52,252 nt of DNA from a virus (lineage: Duplodnaviria; Caudoviricetes): positions 1 through 52,252 of IMG/VR virus record IMGVR_UViG_3300045918_000152; one strand, given 5' to 3'. Below are positions 11,037 through 19,000 of the stretch, in pieces. A model generated the notes under the pieces. The model was not told the origin of the DNA and did no database searches. It saw nothing but the letters and a program-made list of their open reading frames with translations. Position numbers and translations under genes: made by a program. The first letter of the stretch is position 1. Each line of letters starts with the position of its first letter.

Positions 11037-11405
11037 CTATCTAGATGTGACAGCGTTATTTATCTTGAAACCTTGGGACAGAATAGTTGCTTCTATGAAA
11101 AATGCAGGTGCCTGCCGAGAGCTACCCCGATTGAGGTAGATTATGTATGGTGCATCATTACTGATAGTATATTTAAATTCACTAAACAATAGACTTGGAT
11201 TACTAACATCATACTTAACTGTGTACGACTTGCGGTAGTCTATCGTCCATCTACTTCTAGCGTATCCTGTGCGAATGGGTGTATTCAACACAATAGCGCT
11301 AAGAAGTCTAGACGCAGCAAGCCTACCTGTCACATCAACAGCATTCTCAAGTGTCTTGCGGATTCTTGTGAATAGGCCGGTACCATCAACTTTAAGTTTG
11401 ATCAT
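11037..11405 (-). CDS. HK97 gp10-like neck/tail completion protein
   Basis: Motifs NTPIRTGYARSRW and NDAPYIIYLNRGSSRQAPAFF. Confidence 0.75.
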   Translation of the reverse strand: MIKLKVDGTGLFTRIRKTLENAVDVTGRLAASRLLSAIVLNTPIRTGYARSRWTIDYRKSYTVKYDVSNPSLLFSEFKYTISNDAPYIIYLNRGSSRQAPAFFIEATILSQGFKINNAVTSR

Positions 11406-11775
11406 CCAACCTCCATTCAGAATTGTTTACCGCAGCAGCAGCCTGAAGTCTCGCAAGGAATCCTGAAGATTTGAGCCTTGCAGCCTGAACCATAGGATCG
11501 CTACCATCAACTTCTTCCACATGGGACTGTATCGCTTTGATTGAGGGAAACAATTCCGCAGCAGACTTTGTAACACCCTGCGCGCTAAGCATCATGTGGG
11601 TTCGGCTATCCTCCCGCCAGCCCAATGGGCGACGCTTGAAATAGTAGAACCATCCCTGTATCTCTGTGTATGGGAGAGAAAGGACTTCAGTATAACTCTT
11701 ACCGAGCTGAAGAGCTAATTCGTATAGCTCCAGCTCCTCATCAGTTAACTTGAAGCTTTCTCCGGTGCCTTTCCC
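11392..11775 (-). CDS. Tail assembly chaperone gpT part, translated as gpGT by -1 frameshift from 11745..12056
   Basis: The -1 frame after GGGAAAG is open: GKGTGESFKLTDEELELYELALQLGKSYTEVLSLPYTEIQGWFYYFKRRPLGWRED..., continuous with the 11392..11625 ORF. Confidence 0.8.
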   Translation of the reverse strand, partial: GKGTGESFKLTDEELELYELALQLGKSYTEVLSLPYTEIQGWFYYFKRRPLGWREDSRTHMMLSAQGVTKSAAELFPSIKAIQSHVEEVDGSDPMVQAARLKSSGFLARLQAAAAVNNSEWRLDDQT

Positions 11776-12056
11776 AGGCCCGAATACTTAAGGATATCCT
11801 CCGAGAGTTTGTTAAGATCCTCGATCGGGAATTTCCGGAATTCATCCTCGGTCATTTCCTCAGCACCTTCGACGGACAACACAATAACGCTCATCAACAT
11901 CTTGAGGGCGTTACCTTCGTTCTCACCAATGTTCTTTGCTTGTTCCTGAATTTCTTGCGTTTGTTCAAGAGACAACTTGCGGATAACAATTTCGCTATCC
12001 AAAAACTTGATCTTCTTAGAGATCACCTTACCAATCAGATCCTTAAAACCAGCCAT
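11745..12056 (-). CDS. Tail assembly chaperone (gpG-like)
   Basis: 103-aa acidic helical protein between the major tail and tape measure genes; contains the slippery site; AAGGAG RBS. Confidence 0.8.
   Translation of the reverse strand: MAGFKDLIGKVISKKIKFLDSEIVIRKLSLEQTQEIQEQAKNIGENEGNALKMLMSVIVLSVEGAEEMTEDEFRKFPIEDLNKLSEDILKYSGLGKAPEKASS
11769..11775 (-). other. Programmed -1 ribosomal frameshift slippery site G GGA AAG
   Basis: Same heptamer as the lambda G-T slippery site, in the correct phase near the end of the chaperone ORF. Confidence 0.8.
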
Positions 12057-12073
12057 ACTAATACTCCTTGTTA

Positions 12074-12316
12074 TTAACTCTTTTCAGTGAAGATTTCACG
12101 ATTGGCTTCTTGGAAGTCATCGAGCATCTTACGCTGACGATGTAGTACGTCGAGTGTCTTCATGATTTCCATGACAATCACTTGATCATCTTTGAATTCA
12201 GGAAGTCGATCATACGTCTTTCTAATGCTAATGTCAATGCTACGACGCATGTGACGCGCTGTAGTCTTAAGAACAAACGCCATACTAAAAGGCGGATTAC
12301 CTACTTGATCACTCAT
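12074..12316 (-). CDS. Hypothetical protein in the tail module
   Basis: 80-aa helical ORF; first gene after the 12421-12436 motif and its AT-rich leader. Confidence 0.65.
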   Translation of the reverse strand: MSDQVGNPPFSMAFVLKTTARHMRRSIDISIRKTYDRLPEFKDDQVIVMEIMKTLDVLHRQRKMLDDFQEANREIFTEKS

Positions 12317-12420
12317 TATAAATTACTTTCTATGAATGTATATCAATAAAGATTAATATAAATAAAAGGATTTATAAATACTCTTATTAATATACCTAGG
12401 AAGGCCACCGGGGGAGGGTG

Positions 12421-12436
12421 CTTTAGCGTCCCCTGG
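12421..12436 (-). promoter_or_regulatory. Putative phage-RNAP promoter, copy 1 (CCAGGGGACGCTAAAG)
   Basis: Exact 16-mer also at 39247-39262 and 39748-39763; intergenic, about 20 nt after a terminator; the CTAAAG end resembles the T3 promoter CACTAAAG. Confidence 0.6.
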
Positions 12437-12455
12437 AGGCTCCCTTCTACTCTTC

Positions 12456-12484
12456 AATAAAAGAGGGTATCTCTACCCCCTTTA
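12456..12484 (-). terminator. Intrinsic terminator after the major tail gene
   Basis: Minus strand AAAGGGGGTA-GAGA-TACCCTCTTT-TATT (GNRA loop, U-rich tail). Confidence 0.7.
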
Positions 12485-12487
12485 TGA

Positions 12488-13024
12488 TTACGCGTAGGTA
12501 ACCGGGCCGAACAGTTGGGTGGCCATCGAAAGGGTCATCTTGGCTGTAATAGAATCGGTCAGCGAAGGCATAACAGACAGCGACTCAAACTTACCGGCGA
12601 AATTGAACACAGTATTCAGGGTAGTACCCGTAGAAATACCAGTGGTGGCAATTTGCTTGAAGTTCGCGGGCTTCTTGCTGCACAGAGCGATCTGGAAAGG
12701 ATACAGCAGACCGTCACCGACGCGAGCGTGTGTGATAGATGTTTCAAAGGAATCCGGAACATAGTTGAGCGTAAACTCAAGCGTGTTCAAGTCCGACTGA
12801 CCACCAATCTGCGTGGACGAGGGTGAACCGTAAGTCGGGATATTCACAATGTTCGACGGATTGCCGAACTCAGGGAAGTCGCGAATGCCGGTAATTTCGA
12901 CACCACCAGAAGCGAACAACGTGACCAGCTCAGCAGCCGTGTCCATTGTCGTGATGGCGCCCGCCGAGGCAACGAAGCACAGCGAGGTGTAAATACCGTT
13001 TTGAAGTGTGTTAACGTGTGACAT
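12488..13024 (-). CDS. Major tail tube protein
   Basis: 178 aa; IRDFPEFGNPSNIVNIPTYG...QIGGQSDLNTLEFTLNYVP resembles siphovirus tail-tube proteins; followed by a terminator. Confidence 0.85.
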   Translation of the reverse strand: MSHVNTLQNGIYTSLCFVASAGAITTMDTAAELVTLFASGGVEITGIRDFPEFGNPSNIVNIPTYGSPSSTQIGGQSDLNTLEFTLNYVPDSFETSITHARVGDGLLYPFQIALCSKKPANFKQIATTGISTGTTLNTVFNFAGKFESLSVMPSLTDSITAKMTLSMATQLFGPVTYA

Positions 13025-13027
13025 TAT

Positions 13028-13426
13028 TTATTCTCCGTAAAGATTGAAACTGATGTAGTAATCGCCAGTGTATAGCGCACTATTATCCTTGTCTATTCCG
13101 ATTGGTTTCAGCGATCCAAGATCCATCATTGTACCCTGTGTGAGTACCTTCCTCTGGAATATACCGTCGAGAGTATTTGCAACATTAAATAACTCCACAT
13201 CTCCTTTTGTTGTAGGCACATAAATGCTTACAATAAGAAGACCTGAAATACATTTCTGATGTTGAGTGCTCGAAGGCTTAGTTTTACCTGGAATGATTGA
13301 AATTAGAACGTACTTATTCTCTGTTAGTGTTCCCTGGAAACTCCTGGGGACTGCCTTGATACCTGTATTTACCCATACTGAGCTAGCGAATACTTCGTAT
13401 ATATCCTGAACTATCTTCTCAAACAT
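13028..13426 (-). CDS. Tail terminator-like protein
   Basis: 132 aa directly upstream of the major tail gene; GLLIVSIYVP...G pattern. Confidence 0.6.
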   Translation of the reverse strand: MFEKIVQDIYEVFASSVWVNTGIKAVPRSFQGTLTENKYVLISIIPGKTKPSSTQHQKCISGLLIVSIYVPTTKGDVELFNVANTLDGIFQRKVLTQGTMMDLGSLKPIGIDKDNSALYTGDYYISFNLYGE

Positions 13427-13770
13427 TATGCTACTCCAGTAAGTTCTATTGTAGTAACATACTGGTCGCTCTCAAGTGTACAACAGCTATAAAGTGTACC
13501 ATTTACATCAACAGTAGTATATCCATTAAACACAATCCCCGCCGTTTTCATGATGAGGATTGTCTTAACAACTGAGCTGCCGTCAATATAAGACTTCTTG
13601 GTTGTCTGAAATGCTCTCGTGGAGTATACAGAATCTGTAGTGGTAACAACCCCTGCAGAAAAGTCAAATGAGTTTGATGCTTTATTTGAAAAGATAACAG
13701 GCACGAGAACGTCATCAATAGCAGCGAATGCCTTATCTACTGACTTCTGAATCTTAGTACCTAAGCCCAT
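13426..13770 (-). CDS. Head closure/neck protein
   Basis: 114-aa beta-rich ORF, coupled to both neighbours within the neck module. Confidence 0.55.
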   Translation of the reverse strand: MGLGTKIQKSVDKAFAAIDDVLVPVIFSNKASNSFDFSAGVVTTTDSVYSTRAFQTTKKSYIDGSSVVKTILIMKTAGIVFNGYTTVDVNGTLYSCCTLESDQYVTTIELTGVA

Positions 13771-14273
13771 TAGTTAGCCCTCCACACAGTACGATCGGTT
13801 CCCCCGGACACCAGTAAAGGTCCGAGAATCTTCCTAAGCGTAGGAGGAAAGCGAGGTATATCTTTGAAATCGCTAAGACTGTCCTGTAGTTCAATAGGAC
13901 CAATCTTAATCTTCTCAAATGTCTGCTCGCCTTCACTCAGGAGAGTTGGATTCCGAAGCAGGTGCTCGGCCAGGGTCTGCACCGCGAGCACAACCCGAGG
14001 GGGTGCTACGGCGTCATTAGCGTCCGTTAGGCGGCCGGTTTTGGGGTCGGTATACTGTGCCCCGTCCCTGGGCCACGCCAGCGGCTGCGGATCACTAACA
14101 GTGACGCCTATGAACTGATATTCTTCATCAATCATACTTGTCGCTGTAATTAGCGCAGCCTCTTTTGTGACGTCATCAGCCGAGGTCCATGCAGTATTTT
14201 GCAGTCTTGTAGCAAAGAAAGTATCTGTATTCCCAACCGAAACGTATGAGTTGGTACCTACGGTAAGAGTCAT
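13770..14273 (-). CDS. Head-tail adaptor protein
   Basis: GTNSYVSV...ALITAT..ID...QPLAWPR motifs of the DnaT-like-annotated adaptor family; directly after the capsid gene. Confidence 0.75.
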   Translation of the reverse strand: MTLTVGTNSYVSVGNTDTFFATRLQNTAWTSADDVTKEAALITATSMIDEEYQFIGVTVSDPQPLAWPRDGAQYTDPKTGRLTDANDAVAPPRVVLAVQTLAEHLLRNPTLLSEGEQTFEKIKIGPIELQDSLSDFKDIPRFPPTLRKILGPLLVSGGTDRTVWRAN

Positions 14274-14289
14274 AAGTACCCCCTATAGT

Positions 14290-15375
14290 TTAGGCGTGGA
14301 AGATCGGCAGAATGCCAAGGGCCAGATAGTCCAGCTTACGGCCCCACGAAGCGGCAGTACCGAACAGGGTATCTGTGGCGAACGCATTGGTAGCGCCAGC
14401 CCAGTCATAACCCCACGGATGCACCACGAAGCCCCAGCGATTCCAGACGTTGGTCGAGCCACCGCCGGTATACAAGTCAGCCAAGCGCTGAACTTCAACA
14501 GGCACATCAAGAGGAATCGGCGTGAAGGAAATGGCACCCGGCTTGCAGATGAATGTCGTCTTGACAGAGCGGTCATTCACGTTAGCAGTAGCGCTAAGGT
14601 CACCCTGAGCAGCACGCGTCAGGATCAGACGGAACTTACCACCAAAGATGGTTTGGAATGTCAGGTTACCATCGGTCACAACAACGGTATCCACCAGGTT
14701 AGCCGCGCGGAGTTCCGCAAGGTTTTCCGGCGAAGTAACCATGTACATGTAATCCGGCTCGTAGTCCTTGAAAGCAGCGCCAATGGACTTGAACAGACGC
14801 TCGCCACGAGCGGCACCAACGGCGGTGCTATCAATCAACTTACGCTCATCGCCAGCGCCAGTCGCAGCGGCACCAAACAAGCCCAGAGCGTTGATGTCAA
14901 CGTAGAAGCCAGTAGAGGTGGCATCAGTCGTGTAGGCAGTAATACCAACACCACGAGCAACTTCGGCAGCGGCAACACCCTTGAGCACAGCCAGGATGGC
15001 GTTATGCTCGTCCTGAGCGCGAACTTCACTGAAGTCACGAGCGATCTTCTGCAGACCGTCTTCCTGAGTCACAACCTTTTGCAGGTTAACTTGCTGAGCA
15101 CCGAAAGTACGAACAGTCTTAACGTAGTTCGCGATATCGGTCGAGATATCAGTATAGGTACCGGCGGTAGAAACCGACAGCGACGCAATATTGATATTCG
15201 GGCTCAGCGGCTTGTACCAACGCATTTGGCCAACATAAGATTCGCCACTAACATCAATACGGGCATCCGTACCGACAATAGCTGTCGAATTCAGCTTCTT
15301 GGCCGAAGTGTACATTGCATCGCTGTACTGCGAGATAGCCAGGGCAACCGCCTGGAAAAGTGTGTTTGAAATCAT
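14290..15375 (-). CDS. Major capsid protein
   Basis: 361 aa between scaffold and adaptor; C-terminal RWGFVVHPWGYDW...SWGRK like phage coat proteins; strong codon bias; AGGAG RBS. Confidence 0.85.
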   Translation of the reverse strand: MISNTLFQAVALAISQYSDAMYTSAKKLNSTAIVGTDARIDVSGESYVGQMRWYKPLSPNINIASLSVSTAGTYTDISTDIANYVKTVRTFGAQQVNLQKVVTQEDGLQKIARDFSEVRAQDEHNAILAVLKGVAAAEVARGVGITAYTTDATSTGFYVDINALGLFGAAATGAGDERKLIDSTAVGAARGERLFKSIGAAFKDYEPDYMYMVTSPENLAELRAANLVDTVVVTDGNLTFQTIFGGKFRLILTRAAQGDLSATANVNDRSVKTTFICKPGAISFTPIPLDVPVEVQRLADLYTGGGSTNVWNRWGFVVHPWGYDWAGATNAFATDTLFGTAASWGRKLDYLALGILPIFHA

Positions 15376-15386
15376 TTAAGTTTCTC

Positions 15387-16022
15387 CTAGATATTGAATT
15401 GTCCAAACTCCCCAGCCATTGCAGCAGCGAGAGCTTCTTGAGTAGTCATTTCAGTAATTTTCTTCTTTTGATCCTTGGGGCCACCACTACCAGTACCACC
15501 GTTAGTACCCGCACCACCACTAGACTTAGGCTTGAAGAGGAAAGAATTATCCTCATCCTTCGCGAAAGTGGTCACGTAGTCCTTAATGGTAACGCCAGTC
15601 TTGTGAACCCATTGTCCATCTTTATCCTGCACCAATTGATCCACAACATCCCGGTAGGCCATTTCACGGCTACGGTCATTACGGAATTCCAAGCCACCAA
15701 TAGCTTCCTTGACAACGCTATCACGCTCATACGTGACAATGCGAGCCTTGGCAATCTTCAGTTCTTCTTCAAGAGCAGTCATCTTCAGCGCAGTAACTTC
15801 AGTATGCTTACCTGCGGCGGTAAGGTCATCGAGTTCCTTTTGCTTCCGATCTGCTTCCAATTGGGTAGCCTTACGAATAGCTTCATCACGAGCGGCGAAC
15901 GCTCCATCCAACTTAGTCTTGATTTCCTTAAGCTTGTCTTCCACTTGCGCAGCGACTTGAGCTTCGATTTCTTCCTTAGTCAGGGGCTTCACATTGTTGT
16001 CATCGTTATTTTCAGCGGGCAT
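15387..16022 (-). CDS. Capsid scaffolding protein
   Basis: Charged coiled coil, FLFKPKSSGGAG low-complexity linker and short C-terminal helix; directly upstream of the capsid gene. ATG at 16022 preferred over the ORF-track start at 16049. Confidence 0.75.
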   Translation of the reverse strand: MPAENNDDNNVKPLTKEEIEAQVAAQVEDKLKEIKTKLDGAFAARDEAIRKATQLEADRKQKELDDLTAAGKHTEVTALKMTALEEELKIAKARIVTYERDSVVKEAIGGLEFRNDRSREMAYRDVVDQLVQDKDGQWVHKTGVTIKDYVTTFAKDEDNSFLFKPKSSGGAGTNGGTGSGGPKDQKKKITEMTTQEALAAAMAGEFGQFNI

Positions 16023-16087
16023 TTTATAGTTCTTTCTTGACACAGTCAATTTTTAATGATTCAAATCTAGGCACAGCCTTAAATTCG

Positions 16088-19000
16088 TTACGGTCCGATT
16101 CCATACCAATCCCATCCAGGCGGTATCTTCTTCAGAATATCTTCTCTAGTGATAGCGTTAGGTGGATCAATAAGTCCATCATTCCTTGCTTGCTCTACAA
16201 GAGCCCTATAGGATTCGTCGCTAAGTCCTAACTCTCTCATCTTCTTCAACGTATTGAGAATAGTTTCACTCTCTACGGCATCAGCGTAAATCTCGCGTAA
16301 TGCATCCTTGGCCTTACTAACATCACCAATATTGGTAAAGAAAGCATCATGAATAGTGGCAGTCGGAATATTATTCTTTCTACCCCACAATAAGAATTGT
16401 CTAACAATAGACGCATCGTTCATGTGGTTACCATTAACACCCATACCAATTCTAGCGCGGCTAATAGAAGCCTTACCCAACAATGTTGCATCTTTTGCAG
16501 CATCTTCGTAAATATTACGGACCATCCTCTTCGACTCAGGGTCAAAGAATTCAATCGAAGTTTGGATTTTAGGTCTATATCTCTGGAACAGTGTCTTACC
16601 ATCAAAGGTAACCCAGGGAATATCCACTGCCTGAGTTTCTTCAACGTAAGCCTTCGCGGCTGCATTCCAGAACTTAACGAATTTCTGCGTAACAGGTGCA
16701 CGCTCAGCAAGGTGCCTTGACATGATTTCAGAAACTTTCTTGAAATCTTCAGGGCCAACAATACCTACTCGTACATTGCTTAGTCTTTCGACAAAAGTGT
16801 CTACATCGGGGTGGAGACCTGCAGCGTCTCTCAATAGCTCACGCCCCACAGGGACTTCACCATTGATAACATCTGCAATCTCACTTTTTAAATTCTTCAA
16901 TCCAGTGACAACGTTATCAGCACCAATATAGTTTGCATCCTTGATGGACCTATCAATTATATTGTATATACCTCTCGCGTCTTCTCTAGTTACAACTGTA
17001 TAACCCTTCTTTTCAAGTACACTAGCAAACTTAGACTCAATGTTTGCAGCCTGAGTTGCCTTACCGGCACCATAGAAGGAGACCATGTTCTGAGCCTTCG
17101 CAGCTTTCTGAAGGTCAGTCCATGAGATGTTTGCATCTCTTAATGCCTGAATAGCCTGAAATTCAGGGTCAGCCACAGTGTCCATCGCAACCAAGTCGTA
17201 AAGACGATTCTTGCGGGTTGTTGCAAGGACATTACTGTTTACTGCGATACTGCGATCGCGAGTACTAAGGCCGATAATTTGAGCACCAGAACTACTAGCA
17301 TCATTCTCAATCATCAATTTTGATTCAAACCCATCAAAAGCGCCGGCAATATTAAATCTACCACGGGTATATTTATGTGCACGGGCATACTCAAGGGCTA
17401 GCCTTGTGATTTTAGGAACTTCCTCTGCTTCCATCGCTCTCACAAGGGGATGCTCAAGGAAATCTCGAATCTTCTGATCTTTTTGTGTCTTAGCCATCAA
17501 CAATTCGCCGAGAGAACGAATCTTGGATTCATTATCAGCGAAGATCTGAAGACGCCCTGCCTGGGTAAGTGCCTCAGTAGCGGGTCCTATGAGCGATCCT
17601 GTCTGTACCATGAGTTCACGTAATTCGGCAGGGCCAAATTGTCGTGATACGGCACTATTCAGAAAAGGTCTTACAACTTCACCGCCTGTAGGCGAAAGGT
17701 AACCCTGATAGTAGACACGGCCACGACCGTCAATTTGCGCTAAATTAGTAAATGGTACACCACGTTGTCGGTGCCACTTGATTGTTTGCATAAGGCCGTA
17801 GCCCTGATCTCCGCGCTGAATAATCAGTTTGCGGAAATCATTAAGCTCATCCCACTTCTTTGTGTTACCGCGAGGATCTCTGAAGCGAACAACCTCATCC
17901 ATAAATCCTGCAAACTCATCATCAATTTCATACTTCACAGACATTGCATGGTTAAGCATATCAGCAAAGTCGTTATCAACAAGGATCTTGTCGTAATTTT
18001 CTGAGGCGCGCCTAGTAATGATGGCTATCTTGGTGTCATTACCACGAGCATCAAAGTATGTCTTCTTTCCAGGGATCACATAAAGTTTATCCCGATCGCT
18101 GACTACACCGATACGCTGTGCAATAAGAACTTGTCTATTTCTTGACTGGAGCTCGAGCATATCAGGATCAAGAATGGTAACCTCACGACTAACAGTGTCC
18201 CTCCACTCTCCGGAAGGCCTGCCAGTCTCGAGATCGATCGCGGCTCGTCGTGTCTTACCACGGCTAAGTACTCTAATCTTTCCTTGTTTACGAAGGCCCT
18301 CAAGTATTCTCGATCCGTCCGCATGGAAGTCCTGTAGTGTTGGCTTGTGCCATGGAAATGTAGGCTGCCAATTATCACGAAGGCTCTTGCCAATATCAAT
18401 AGCAATACTGTCGTAATCAGTAGCAAAACCACTTGCAACAACCTTCATGGCTCTTGCAATAACACCCACAGCCTTTTCGTTATCTAATGCGCTAGTAAGA
18501 AGCTTGTCCTTGTACGATCGCTTAGAGCTAAGAAAGTTAATCTCCATATCAATGATGCTACGGAAACCTTCTCTTTGCCCTCGCATGAACTCATCAATAA
18601 GGCTTTCGTTAGGAACACCCTTAATGAAGTTCAGAAGGCGGCTACCCCCAGGGACCTTCTTGGCTTCTCCACTAACAAACTTGTCAACTCGTTTAAGAAT
18701 CTCTTTCTTTGTAATCGGAAGTTTAGTCTTGTCAGGATCGGTGAAATAGGCTTTTAAAGGAGCCCTGCCACTAAGATACGAATCCTGAGCGGTACTACGA
18801 CCGTATTTCTCAGCCCATGCAGCGGAATATCTTTGGTTATCAAGCAAATTATCTGCGATGTCCTGGAAGCGGAAGTACTTACCTAAAATTGAAACCTTGG
18901 CGTCTTCTCCAGAGCCATAGGACCCGAATAGCTCAGCACGCTCTCGTGATCGCCTATCCAGAATCCTGGAGACGTTCACAACAGAGAATTGTGCTTCTTT

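Noticed and set aside
14167-15369. 400-aa plus-strand ORF antisense to the major capsid gene
   Set aside because: It mirrors a highly codon-biased gene, which commonly leaves an antisense frame free of stops; it has no recognisable motifs or RBS.
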